The translations under genes and the position numbers were made by a program. Under the pieces are notes generated by a model. That model saw only the letters and a program-made list of their open reading frames with translations, did no database searches and was not told the DNA's origin. Shown one piece after another: positions 1 to 10,492 of a stretch of 43,411 nt of DNA; the stretch's first letter is position 1; the number at the start of each line of letters is the position of its first letter. The stretch is from Promethearchaeota archaeon (GTDB taxonomy: Archaea > Asgardarchaeota > Lokiarchaeia > Sigyniarchaeales > SOKP01), in contig JAFGOA010000198.1 in the NCBI GenBank assembly GCA_016926735.1, positions 1-43,411 on the forward strand. Reading direction: 5' to 3'.

Positions 1-70
<70 letters not shown>

Positions 71-254
71 AAACAAATAAAAATACAGTCAAACTTATAA
101 TAGAAACCAAAAATAATAATAATGAAAGAACATCCACTTTTTCTTTATCTTTTTTTGAAAATAAAATTATGGGAGCATTTTCAATAACAATTTCAAGTCC
201 ATAATCATCAATAAAATTTTGAAAATCTATTCGTCTCCAATTTGATTCAGGCAT
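71..254 (-). CDS. Partial hypothetical membrane protein (3' end lost in the poly-A run)
   Basis: ATG at 254 reads MPESNWRRIDFQNFIDDYGLEIVIENAPIILFSKKDKEKVDVLSLLLFLVSIISLTVFLFVS with no stop before the homopolymer; it ends in a hydrophobic segment. Confidence 0.6.
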
Positions 255-413
255 TTTATTATGAATTAGTATAATTTTAGATAATTTCTTTCAATTAATC
301 ATAAATAATGAATTGTGTATTAAATTTTCTTATTGAAAATCTAAAAAAATCAAAAAAATTGAAGTCTTTGTAGTTTTATTTAAGATGTACTATTATTAAA
401 TATGATAGAATAA

Positions 414-2720
414 ATGGTTGATTTCGATAATTTTATAAAATATATCAAAACTCAAGATTATTATAGGAACCAAATAACACATATTCAACATATACCATCT
501 AAAAGAGCAGAATTTGGTGTATTAGAGAAACCTTTAAGAACAAGACTTCAGAGATGGTTGGATAATAAAGGGATAAAACTCTGGAAGCATCAAACTGAAG
601 CTATTAATTTAATTCGAAGAGATAGTAATATTATTATTGCTACTTCTACAGCTTCTGGAAAATCATTATGCTATAACTTCTCTGTACTTCAAAGAATTTT
701 TGAACATCCTGAAACTACAGCAATATATATCTTTCCAACAAAAGCTCTTGCCCGAGATCAATATAATTCTTTATCATCTTTAATGTCAGATATAAATGTG
801 AAAGAGACTCGTTTAGGTATTTATGATGGAGATGTCGAGCCTAATGTAAAAAAACAAGTACTTGAAAACGTAAATATCATTATAACTAATCCTTATGGAT
901 TGCATTATTATTTACCATGGTTCAAACGTAAGTGGGCTAGAATATGTAAAAATTTAAAATATATTATTATTGATGAGGTTCATATTTATAGAGGTATATT
1001 TGGATCTAATTTTGCTTTATTAATGAGAAGATTAAAACGAATTTTAAAAGAATTTAATACTAAACCAATTTGGATCTTATCCAGTGCAACTATTAATAAT
1101 TCTAAAGAATTTGCAAAAAAATTAATTGGAGAAGAATTTATTGTAGTTGATTGTGATAAGTCTCCTTCAGGAGGGAAAAAAGTAATTTTATGGGATCTTC
1201 CATATGATAGTTTTTCTGAAAAATATCATTCTGCCCATCAAGAAACTAAAAATCTTTTTATAACACATCTTAAAAAAAATATCCAAACCTTAACTTTTAC
1301 CTTATCAAGAAAAATGGCTGAATTACAAGCTATTTGGACACGAGAGATGATTCCTCAAATAAAAGAACAAATCTATAGTTATCGAGCAGGAATTAGTAAG
1401 AAAAAAAGAAGAGAGATAGAAAATAATTTTAAAAATAGAACTATATTAGGTATTAGCTCTACAAATGCATTAGAATTAGGGATTGATATTGGATCATTAG
1501 ATGCAACAATAAGTTCAGGTTTTCCTGGCACATTATCCAGTTTTTGGCAACAAATAGGGAGATCTGGAAGAGGTGAAGAATTATCAATTTCTACCCTTAT
1601 TCCTATGGAAAATCCATTAGATTTATTTTATATTCACAATCCTGATATTTTATTTGGGCCTATCCAAGAAGACATTCCAATTACATTAAAAAATAAATAT
1701 ATTGTTCAAAATCATTTATCATGTGCTTCTAAAGAAAATCCCCTAAAAGAGAATGAATTTGTTCTATTTGATATTGAAAATAAAGATTTTTATTTAGAAT
1801 GTCTTGAAGAATTGATTCTGAAAAATCTTTTGATGAAACGTGGAAATAAATATTACTGGAAAGGAAATTTTTATCCAAATCAGAAATATGGATTAAATGA
1901 CTTATCTGATAAAATTTATAAAGTAATGCTACAAGGTGATACTGAAGATCAATTTCTGACAACTGAAGATGAAAGTTTTGTATTTAGAGACTTACATCTT
2001 GGCGCTGTTTATTTATACGAAGCAGAAACCTATGTTGTCCATGAATTAGACATAGAAGAAAAAAAAGTGTATATAAGAAAAGAAAATGTGGACTATTATA
2101 CACAATCTTTAAAAAGTACAGAAATAACACCATTAGAGGTAATCTATGAAAAAAAAATCGGGCTACATAGTGAAATAGAGGTTTTCTTTGGAAATGTAAA
2201 AGTTGAACATGAATATTATTCATATAAAGTAATTGATTCATTAACTCAGAATATTCTAAGTCGACATCCTTTAGAAGATATCCCAATAATTAAATTTGAA
2301 TCTCAAGCAGTATGGTTTTACATTCCGTTTGAATGGCAAAAAGAGCTTGAAATGAATAATTTTGATCTTGGAGGAACGGTACATGCAATTGAACATGCTA
2401 TGATTGCGATGGCTCCTGCTTTAACTCAAATATCTAGGTGGGATTTAGGAGGTGTATCAATTGAATTTGATCCAATAAAACAACAACCAGTAATTCATAT
2501 ATATGATGCTTATCGTGGAGGTATTGGGATATCTGAACAATTATTTTTTAATATAAAACAGCTCTTTTCTATTACCTATAGACTAATAAAAACATGCTCA
2601 TGTAAAACTGAAAATGGTTGTCCTTGCTGTTGTCTTAGCCCTCGTTGTGGTAATCAAAATGAACCTTTAGATAAAAAGGGAGCTCTTTTTATGTTGGATA
2701 AAATTATCAATTCTTTATAA
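414..2720 (+). CDS. SF2 DExH helicase with C-terminal Cys-rich DUF1998 domain (Hrq1/MrfA/SftH-like)
   Basis: Motifs TASGKS, PTKALARDQ, DEVH, SAT, LELGIDIG, QQIGRSGR; C-terminal HAIEHA, YDAYRGGIG and CSC..GCPCC..SPRC. Confidence 0.9.
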   Translation: MVDFDNFIKYIKTQDYYRNQITHIQHIPSKRAEFGVLEKPLRTRLQRWLDNKGIKLWKHQTEAINLIRRDSNIIIATSTASGKSLCYNFSVLQRIFEHPETTAIYIFPTKALARDQYNSLSSLMSDINVKETRLGIYDGDVEPNVKKQVLENVNIIITNPYGLHYYLPWFKRKWARICKNLKYIIIDEVHIYRGIFGSNFALLMRRLKRILKEFNTKPIWILSSATINNSKEFAKKLIGEEFIVVDCDKSPSGGKKVILWDLPYDSFSEKYHSAHQETKNLFITHLKKNIQTLTFTLSRKMAELQAIWTREMIPQIKEQIYSYRAGISKKKRREIENNFKNRTILGISSTNALELGIDIGSLDATISSGFPGTLSSFWQQIGRSGRGEELSISTLIPMENPLDLFYIHNPDILFGPIQEDIPITLKNKYIVQNHLSCASKENPLKENEFVLFDIENKDFYLECLEELILKNLLMKRGNKYYWKGNFYPNQKYGLNDLSDKIYKVMLQGDTEDQFLTTEDESFVFRDLHLGAVYLYEAETYVVHELDIEEKKVYIRKENVDYYTQSLKSTEITPLEVIYEKKIGLHSEIEVFFGNVKVEHEYYSYKVIDSLTQNILSRHPLEDIPIIKFESQAVWFYIPFEWQKELEMNNFDLGGTVHAIEHAMIAMAPALTQISRWDLGGVSIEFDPIKQQPVIHIYDAYRGGIGISEQLFFNIKQLFSITYRLIKTCSCKTENGCPCCCLSPRCGNQNEPLDKKGALFMLDKIINSL

Positions 2721-2829
2721 CCAATTATTAATTTCTATTATCAAAATCTTTTACATCAATCCAATAATTAAAAAGTTTTGAATTATTTAGAAAAATAATG
2801 TAAATCTTTAAGATAAATTTTATACATTA

Positions 2830-4326
2830 ATGAAGATAATGAATTTTAGGTTAACAAGATTACGTACAATATATCTTATTTATGTTATTTTTATATTGGT
2901 AATTACTTTTTTACCAATAGATATTATTTTATTATATATCTTTCCAGATGATAGTTATTATTATTTTGAGATCGCAAAAAATGCTGCAGTCAATGGATTT
3001 ATCTCTTTTGATAATATAAATAAAACCAATGGATTTCATCCTTTATGGTTTATTATGTTAATTCCTATCTTTATTCTTAACTTGGATAAAATAATAGCAT
3101 TAAGAATTATCCTATTATTTCAAGGAATCATAATTGGAATTGCTGTTTATTTTATTTATAAAATTATAAGAATTTATTTTGATGAAAAATCAGGTTTATT
3201 TGGAAGTTTAATATTCCTTTTCTTACCACTAAGTTTTTTAACATATTTAGATGGATGTGAAGCATCGCTTAATATTTTATTATTAGCAATTGTGATATAT
3301 CAATTGTTAATAAATGATTTTAGTAATTTGGATTTTAAACATACACTTTTTCTTGGGTTTAGTTTTTCACTATCCTTTCTTACACGTTTAGATAATATTA
3401 TATTAATTACACCTATCTTATGCTGGTTGCTTTTTACCAATATAATCCAAATAAATAAAAAGAATATAAAATATATTTTTACTTTTTTTATTTCTTTTTC
3501 AATTTTACCAGGATTATATTTTTTATGGGCTTTTTTAAATTTTGGTCATCTAATGCCAATAAGTGGTGTAATTTGGAATAACTCTACACAGTATACAATT
3601 ATTTATCTTTGTATAATTGTAATCACTTGTTTTTTTCTAAGTATTTTATATAGAATTATATATACCAAATTAATGAAAAGAAAGTGGGAAAGAAGCACAA
3701 AAAATGGCAAAATTCTTATTATCATTCTTTTACTTCCAATCTTCCATTTACTGTATTATTTTACAACAAGAGGTAGGTTTATGTTATGGTATTTACCAAT
3801 TGAATTAATTTTTATTGCTATCGGGGGTTCTCTTGTATTCTATAAAGCATTTGGAAATATAAAAAAAGGAAAAATCTTTTCTGTTGATAAAGAAAAGTTC
3901 ACAATTGCAATTACTGCTTTAAGTTTTATCTTTTCATATGGTACTATTTATTTTTCAGTTTGTGCTGTAGTTGATATAAAGGTATACCATTTATCTCCAA
4001 GATATTATGAAGCAACACAGTGGGTTAATAATCATATTCCTGAAAATGCTACTATGGCCAGTGCTAATGCTGGATTCTTAGGATATTTCATAGATCGTAC
4101 ATTAATTGAATGTTGGGGATTAGTAAATAGTTATGAATTTTTAGAAACATATAATGCAAATGTTACTAAATACATTATTGAAGGGGATTATGACTATTAT
4201 ATTGATCAAATACAGTATATACCTCTAAGTGCTATAGAAATGAATAGTTATGGTTTAGTATTAAATATATCATTTGTAGATTTTGATGCTCCTGAAAGAA
4301 CCCTACAAATATGGTATAAATCTTAA
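2830..4326 (+). CDS. Polytopic membrane protein, probable GT-C fold glycosyltransferase (PMT/ArnT-like)
   Basis: Many TM segments; DDSYYY after TM1, TNGFHPLW, LTRLD and a soluble C-terminal domain. Confidence 0.7.
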   Translation: MKIMNFRLTRLRTIYLIYVIFILVITFLPIDIILLYIFPDDSYYYFEIAKNAAVNGFISFDNINKTNGFHPLWFIMLIPIFILNLDKIIALRIILLFQGIIIGIAVYFIYKIIRIYFDEKSGLFGSLIFLFLPLSFLTYLDGCEASLNILLLAIVIYQLLINDFSNLDFKHTLFLGFSFSLSFLTRLDNIILITPILCWLLFTNIIQINKKNIKYIFTFFISFSILPGLYFLWAFLNFGHLMPISGVIWNNSTQYTIIYLCIIVITCFFLSILYRIIYTKLMKRKWERSTKNGKILIIILLLPIFHLLYYFTTRGRFMLWYLPIELIFIAIGGSLVFYKAFGNIKKGKIFSVDKEKFTIAITALSFIFSYGTIYFSVCAVVDIKVYHLSPRYYEATQWVNNHIPENATMASANAGFLGYFIDRTLIECWGLVNSYEFLETYNANVTKYIIEGDYDYYIDQIQYIPLSAIEMNSYGLVLNISFVDFDAPERTLQIWYKS

Positions 4327-4563
4327 TTTTTTAAAATTCTATATCCACAATAATTTTTAATATGAAAGCAATAGATTAAATTATTAGTTTTAACACTATC
4401 TCTTTTTTTTCAAATAATTATTAATATCAATAAATAGATCATACTTTTATTATCAAATTTTAGAGTCACAAATTATGATAGTGAGACTTAAATAATAGAA
4501 ATACGATATTATTTTTGAAAAATTTTCTTTTTTTAAATAATTCAAAAGGAATAAATATTAACA

Positions 4564-5121
4564 ATGAGCTCAAATGATCTTTTATTAATTAAGAAATATG
4601 AAGAAGAGACGGGAAAAAAGGCTATTCTTAAAGGAAAAGAAACCAAGATTTATTTAAAATGGAAGGATGAGCAACAGAAAATAGAACATAATATTAATGA
4701 TAATTCTCCATCTTCTCTTTCAAATTCTATGGATTCACCGTCATTTTTAGAAATTCAAAAAGAAATTAAACAATTATCTGAAAAAATCAATTCATTTGAT
4801 TCAAGATTAAGAATTATTGAAGAGAAGCTTGCTAATGATAATGAAATGCATTTTATCAAAGAAATTTCAATAGATATATTACTCCAAACAATTAAAGACA
4901 TCTATAATTCATCAGCAAAATTAATTGGAGATTTCGTACATCTATCAACTATAATCCAAAAATTAAAAAAAAGCTTTTATTGGTCAAATGAAAAAATTCA
5001 GAAAGAAATTTTTCAACTTTTTGAGGATGGTAAAATTCAATTATTTCCTGGAAAGACTCTTGATGATGTACCTTTTATTAAAAATGGTAAATCATACGCT
5101 TGGTTTAAAATAACAGATTAG
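4564..5121 (+). CDS. Hypothetical protein, coiled coil plus possible C-terminal winged helix
   Basis: 185-aa ORF with a heptad segment (IQKEIKQLSEKINSFDSRLRIIEEKL) and a helix-helix-strand C-terminus. Confidence 0.55.
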   Translation: MSSNDLLLIKKYEEETGKKAILKGKETKIYLKWKDEQQKIEHNINDNSPSSLSNSMDSPSFLEIQKEIKQLSEKINSFDSRLRIIEEKLANDNEMHFIKEISIDILLQTIKDIYNSSAKLIGDFVHLSTIIQKLKKSFYWSNEKIQKEIFQLFEDGKIQLFPGKTLDDVPFIKNGKSYAWFKITD

Positions 5122-5256
5122 AAATTTCATTATTTTTAAAATATATTTTTGAAAAAATCAATTTAATATTTTCATCTTAACCTATAAATAACAAAAAAGA
5201 ATTAATATATTGTAAATTTATTAAAAAATACATTTTAATAATTATAGGTGAAAAAA

Positions 5257-5466
5257 ATGAGTGTTGAAAAACTCGAAAAGCAAATCGATGATTTGATGGA
5301 TAAAAGAGATAAACTCGAAGAAAAATGTGATACTCTTCCAGAATGTGAAAAAGACGATGGATGTGAAACTTGTAAAGTCTTTGCTGAGATCGAAAAACTT
5401 GATGAAGAGATTGAAAAGTTAGAGGAAAAGTTGGATGAATTAATTGGATCTGATGATGAAGATTAA
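5257..5466 (+). CDS. Small acidic coiled-coil hairpin protein with a 4-Cys cluster
   Basis: SD-like AGGTGA then ATG at 5257; C-x5-C-x5-C-x2-C lies between two heptad helices. Confidence 0.7.
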   Translation: MSVEKLEKQIDDLMDKRDKLEEKCDTLPECEKDDGCETCKVFAEIEKLDEEIEKLEEKLDELIGSDDED

Positions 5467-5638
5467 TTAATCTGCTTTTATATATTAAAAAACTTAACAA
5501 GTATTTTCTTTTAATTTATTATTTATTTTCGCTTTATATTCTTATTCTTTACTATTTAATTTACAATTATTGGAAAATTAACTTAAAATAAAAGAAAAAG
5601 ATAGAATAAAAAAATTAATTGTTTAATAGTACTTAATT

Positions 5639-6937
5639 TTATTTTACTGACATTTTATATAATGTTCTTAAAGCCATACTCATGATATATTGTTGGATTT
5701 GTCTGCTTCCTCCAACTATCTCTTGAATTCTGGAGATACCAAGATAATCATGTATTAAGGTATTATCTGATAGTCCTGCTCCTCCCATAAGATTTGCAGA
5801 TTCATAACATACCACTTTTGATAGATTACATGCTTGGTATTTCAACTGACTTGCGAGAACTACCATAGCTTGTTTGACTCCTTCTGGAATCTTATCTGCG
5901 CCTCCAAATTTTTCAACTTTTTCATCAAAAATTTCACAGAATTTTATTAAACCTAAAGTAAGATTGGTAGTTTGTGCCCAAAGATCAGTTAATACAAATC
6001 CTACTCCTTGGAACTTTAATATTTCTTGATTAAATTGTTTCCTTATATTGGAATAAATCATCGCATGAATCAAAGCACCCCAGCATTGGGACATAGCAAT
6101 CTGAGCAATACCTATACGTTCATCAACTAATCCCTCAAATAAATGATCACGACCCGTTCCGGTAGGGCCTAAAACATATTCTTTTGGTACTCTTAAATTT
6201 TCTAATTTTTCTTTTCCAAGATGTAATTTAGGTGCCCATGGAATATTGACTCGTTCACAATACCAACCATCCCAGCTAGTATTTACTAAGAATTGTCCCA
6301 TTTTATCTCCTTTATTTTTTTCAGCAGTTGCATATGTTATTGCCCATTTTGCTTTTGGACCATTAGTTTGAAATACTTTATCACCATTTAAAATATAACT
6401 ACCATCATCTTGCTCTTCACATATAGTTAATTGATGGACTGCGTCAGAACCTCTTTCGGGCTCAGTTATTGCAACACATCCAACAGCGTCTCCAGTAACT
6501 ACTTCTCTTAAAGCTTCCACGCGTACGGGAATATTTTCATGATGAAAATAAAGAGGATTAATACATAATACATTAGCCCCTGTAACAAATGCAAATTGTG
6601 TGTCAAACATATCAATTGGTAAAAATCTTATAAAGTCAGCAACTAAACCATATTGTTCATAATTTTGATCTATAACTTCATATGCTCTTGATCGAGAAAG
6701 ATATCCTTGCTTTCCAAATGGTCCCATCCAGTTATAAATATCTTCATTAGGACCATGTGTAATATTATTTTTCTTTTCAAATCGCATACAAAATCTTTCA
6801 ACTTCTTTGAGGAGATTAAATTTTTCAGGGGATATTATAGGCATTAAGATATTATTGAGCATACTATAACGATTTTTTAAACTCAATTTATCTAATATTT
6901 CATCACTTACTACTTGTGTTTTAAATTTCGTTTCCAT
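5639..6937 (-). CDS. Acyl-CoA dehydrogenase family protein
   Basis: AITEPERGSD, LNGDKVFQTNG, RKQFNQEILKFQGV, MGGAG, IVGGSRQIQ. Confidence 0.92.
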   Translation of the reverse strand: METKFKTQVVSDEILDKLSLKNRYSMLNNILMPIISPEKFNLLKEVERFCMRFEKKNNITHGPNEDIYNWMGPFGKQGYLSRSRAYEVIDQNYEQYGLVADFIRFLPIDMFDTQFAFVTGANVLCINPLYFHHENIPVRVEALREVVTGDAVGCVAITEPERGSDAVHQLTICEEQDDGSYILNGDKVFQTNGPKAKWAITYATAEKNKGDKMGQFLVNTSWDGWYCERVNIPWAPKLHLGKEKLENLRVPKEYVLGPTGTGRDHLFEGLVDERIGIAQIAMSQCWGALIHAMIYSNIRKQFNQEILKFQGVGFVLTDLWAQTTNLTLGLIKFCEIFDEKVEKFGGADKIPEGVKQAMVVLASQLKYQACNLSKVVCYESANLMGGAGLSDNTLIHDYLGISRIQEIVGGSRQIQQYIMSMALRTLYKMSVK

Positions 6938-7043
6938 TTTCTCACACTAGATAATTTCTTTTTTTTTACTTATCACTTAAAACATTAGTAATCTTAAAAA
7001 TTTTTTTTAATGTTTTTGCCAATAAATGAAAAATAGTAAATAG

Positions 7044-7796
7044 TTATGTGATTAGATCTTTTAATCTTTGTGAGAATTTTTTAGTGATTATTAAACTGGT
7101 CTCAAAAGGACAGTTTTCTTTAAATAGAATAACAGAAATAAAATGATCATCAATTCCTTTCAATGATAAAATACCAAAATCTTCTAATGAAATTAATTCT
7201 TTGACTTTATAATTACCAGATATAAATCTTCCTTCTAACAAACGGATAATTTCTGATAAAACATTAGGATCTAAATTGGATATTATTACTCTTCCTGTCT
7301 GTGTTAAAAGAGCTGATGAAACTACAAAAACAGAAAAAGTATGCAACTCATTGAATACTTTCATAATATCTTTTTTAACTTCATAAGATATTACTTCTTT
7401 ACTGTTATCTAATATATTTTCAATATTTTTTTCGAAATCATTAAATTTAGTAATTTCTCCAGTAAAATTGTGCGTTAGTGAATCCAAGTCAAATTTCTCT
7501 AAAAATTGATTTTTTACTTCTCGTAATTGGTTTCGAAGTTCAACAAGATTATCTCCACGATCAGCAAAAATAGCAAACAACAATTCATCACTTCTTATTC
7601 GAGCAATTTCAAATATGAATTTAAATGGACCAACTTCAATTTCGGATAATTTTTCTGTTTTTAATGTTTGTTTTACAAAAGAAAAAATTGCTCCAAGAAA
7701 ACCACTTGTTAATTTTATATTAAATAAATCTTCATATGCTTTATAAAAAATCAGCTCTCCTGTGTTACCTTTTTGTATAAATATATTTTTAATCAT
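7044..7796 (-). CDS. Longin-like N-terminal domain plus roadblock-like C-terminal domain protein
   Basis: N-terminal IFIQKGNTGELIF..LTSGFLGAIFSF pattern is typical of longin folds; C-terminal VVSSALLTQTGRVIISNL is typical of roadblock/LC7. Confidence 0.6.
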   Translation of the reverse strand: MIKNIFIQKGNTGELIFYKAYEDLFNIKLTSGFLGAIFSFVKQTLKTEKLSEIEVGPFKFIFEIARIRSDELLFAIFADRGDNLVELRNQLREVKNQFLEKFDLDSLTHNFTGEITKFNDFEKNIENILDNSKEVISYEVKKDIMKVFNELHTFSVFVVSSALLTQTGRVIISNLDPNVLSEIIRLLEGRFISGNYKVKELISLEDFGILSLKGIDDHFISVILFKENCPFETSLIITKKFSQRLKDLIT

Positions 7797-7910
7797 TGCT
7801 TTTATTATCCTTTCAAATTTAAATCCAATTTCTTATTATTTAAATAATGTAAAAATAGACATTTAAAAATTTATAAAAAGAAAATTGAATAATGGATAGA
7901 AAAAGTATCA

Positions 7911-8681
7911 TTAAAATCCATCAAATTTAGCCCATTCATCTTCTTCTTCTTCAAATTCTTCTTCCTCATCTTCTTCAGCAGGAATATTATCTTTATTTCC
8001 TTGATCAGATAATTCTTCATATTCTGAATCAAAATCATCTTCAAAAGTTAGAGCCTTCTCAAGATCTTGTGGTAATTCTTCAGAGACAGATGCCATAACT
8101 TTGGGAATAGGTTTTTCTTCTTCTTCTTTCTTCTTTTCAACTAATTTAAGATAATCTCCATGGATTTTAATTGTAATTGGTGTTTCTTCTTGTAATAATC
8201 TTACAACAACTTCTTCACTACTTGATGTATCATGTGGCATTCTCATAACTTTAGCACGTTCTCCTTCAAAAACACCACTAATTATCTCTACTGTATCTCC
8301 TACTTCAAGATATTCTGTGACTGAACGTGGTAATAACACATGTTTTATTTCTCCTAAAGAAATATTCTGTACAATTCTACCTTTAATATGAGGAATTCCT
8401 TGTACTGCTATTTGAACATCATGTTTTTGAGGTGCTTCAAAGAAAATATAGCCGGGGAGTAAAGGAGAGATAAGAATTGCTTTAATATCGGGAATAATAT
8501 CTAATATTCTAAATCTATAGAAAATTTGTCTTAAGATATTACTTTCTTGATTTATTGTTGTTCTAACAGCGAATAAAGTGATTGTATCATCTATTTCATC
8601 CTTTTTATTTGTATTATTTAAATCTTTAAAATTTAAATTCTCTATATCCTTATTATTATAATTCTTTTCTTCATCCGACAT
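7911..8681 (-). CDS. spt5: Transcription elongation factor Spt5 (NGN + KOW) with acidic extensions
   Basis: FAVRTTINQE, LPGYIFFEA, KOW motif LEVGDTVEIISGVFEGERAKV. Confidence 0.9.
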   Translation of the reverse strand: MSDEEKNYNNKDIENLNFKDLNNTNKKDEIDDTITLFAVRTTINQESNILRQIFYRFRILDIIPDIKAILISPLLPGYIFFEAPQKHDVQIAVQGIPHIKGRIVQNISLGEIKHVLLPRSVTEYLEVGDTVEIISGVFEGERAKVMRMPHDTSSSEEVVVRLLQEETPITIKIHGDYLKLVEKKKEEEEKPIPKVMASVSEELPQDLEKALTFEDDFDSEYEELSDQGNKDNIPAEEDEEEEFEEEEDEWAKFDGF

Positions 8682-8893
8682 TTTTTCTCTTATTTACCTT
8701 ATTTGAATTCTTTATTTTTTAATAATATCAATTAAATAATTAAGAAAATAAGTATATTATTATAAGGATTTTACTCAATTAATATTTTTCTTTTTTATTA
8801 AATTCTTCAATTTTAGTTAAATCTAATAAAGTTGGATTTCAATAAAAAGATTTAAATCGATTTGAGTGAAGAGAAATAAATAAATAAAATTAA

Positions 8894-9247
8894 TTAAACT
8901 GGAAGGTTATTGATATCTAATATTTCAGGTATCTTATTATTTCTAGCTAACCATGAAATCTCACTTTTAGTATAACGCCAAGAGATTTCAGCTTTTCCAA
9001 GGTCTTCTTTTGCTTGAGTTTCCCAATCCCAAGGATTAACGATAACAAGATCACCTTTTCTTATCCAGACTCTTTTTTTGATTTTTCCACGAATACGTCC
9101 TATTCTTGCGATACCATCTTCACAAAACACTCTCATTCTATCATTTCCAAAAATATCAACAACTCTAGCAAACATCTCTCCAGATTTTTTTCTGGGAAAT
9201 TTAACTCTGCCAATATTTTCTATCTCTGTTTCATTCTTTTTTTTCAA
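8894..9247 (-). CDS. eif1a: Translation initiation factor aIF1A
   Basis: GEMFARVVDIFGNDRMRVFCEDG..RIRGKIKKRVWIRKGDLVIVNPWDW..WRY; TTG start after AGGTG. Confidence 0.95.
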   Translation of the reverse strand: MKKKNETEIENIGRVKFPRKKSGEMFARVVDIFGNDRMRVFCEDGIARIGRIRGKIKKRVWIRKGDLVIVNPWDWETQAKEDLGKAEISWRYTKSEISWLARNNKIPEILDINNLPV

Positions 9248-9283
9248 ATTTTACACCTTTTCAATCAATCTGTTATTATTAAT

Positions 9284-9619
9284 TCAAATCTTATCATCTG
9301 GTTTATAATCACCTTTAATAAAAATGATTTTAATTGGATTTTCCGAATCGTTTCTAATATTATGCATTTCTCTAGGTTCTATTAGGAATATTGATCCTTC
9401 AGTTGCATTATATTCTTGATCATCCACGATCATTACCCCATTACCCTTTATAAAATAAAAAGTTTCATCAACGATATTATGACCATGAGATTTTTCACCC
9501 ATCATCTCTCCTGGTTTTAACAAAATTACTCCCCAGTCAATGCTAGGTCCTCGCATTAAATATTTAACTCCAGAATCACCATTCCGATAATTAAAATCAT
9601 TTTCACTAACTTTTCGAAT
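9284..9619 (-). CDS. Cupin-domain protein, probable ATT start at 9619
   Basis: Cupin motifs HGHNIVDETFYFIKGNG and EPREMHNIRN; the frame is open upstream of ATG 9556 (RKVSENDFNYRNGDSGVKYL) back to an ATT 7 nt after GGTG. Confidence 0.8.
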   Translation of the reverse strand: MRKVSENDFNYRNGDSGVKYLMRGPSIDWGVILLKPGEMMGEKSHGHNIVDETFYFIKGNGVMIVDDQEYNATEGSIFLIEPREMHNIRNDSENPIKIIFIKGDYKPDDKI

Positions 9620-9766
9620 AAAATAACACCAATTGTTATGATAATAACATTAAAAAGATAATATTTTACTTGATTAATAATTTTTGTTAAAATTTAAAAT
9701 ATACAATAAATAAGGAATTTAAGAAAAATTAATTTTCATTAATGATGTTTTAATTGATAGACATAT

Positions 9767-10294
9767 CTAAATTATACCTAATTTTATCAAAATTTCCCTC
9801 GATAATTTTTCAAATGATTTATGGACATTTTCACCTGTTTTTGAAGACACTTTTATATAATCTAAAAAATTATGTTTTTTCATTAGCTCATCAACATAAT
9901 CATCATCTACAGAAATGTCATTTTCTAAATCCATTTTTGTTCCTAAAAATAAGATAGGAGCTTTAGAATTACCCGCTCTACAAATTTTTACCCAATCATC
10001 TATGCGATCTAATGTCAATGGTCTTGTTAAATCAAACATTATTAATGCTCCTTTAGCCCCTGCTGCATATGATTGTAATAGAAATCTAAATCGTTCTTGT
10101 CCTCCAAAATCCCATAGTTGAAGAGCTACATTTTTACCTTCAATGATGAATTCTTTTAGAAAAAATTCCACCCCAATTGTCATATGTGTGTCTGCCATAA
10201 AAATACCATCAACATATCGATGTAGCAGTGTTGTTTTACCTACTCCTCCTTCTCCAGCTGTAAGTACTTTTAGTATTATAGGTTTTAAAGTCAT
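9767..10294 (-). CDS. Rab-like small GTPase
   Basis: G1 GEGGVGKT, G2 TIGVEF, G3 WDFGGQERF, G4 TKMD, G5 SSK. Confidence 0.93.
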   Translation of the reverse strand: MTLKPIILKVLTAGEGGVGKTTLLHRYVDGIFMADTHMTIGVEFFLKEFIIEGKNVALQLWDFGGQERFRFLLQSYAAGAKGALIMFDLTRPLTLDRIDDWVKICRAGNSKAPILFLGTKMDLENDISVDDDYVDELMKKHNFLDYIKVSSKTGENVHKSFEKLSREILIKLGII

Positions 10295-10492
10295 GATTTA
10301 TACATTTTTTCAGAATAATATACAATAATTTCTTAATAGATTTTTAAAGAAATTTTAAATATTTAGACCTATCTGAATATTATAATATATAATATTATGT
10401 TGATAAAAAATTATTTGGTGATAGTTCTTTTGAAAAAAAAGATTAACTCAAATAAAAAATGTTCTAATTTTTTCGATTTAATTAAAGGATAA

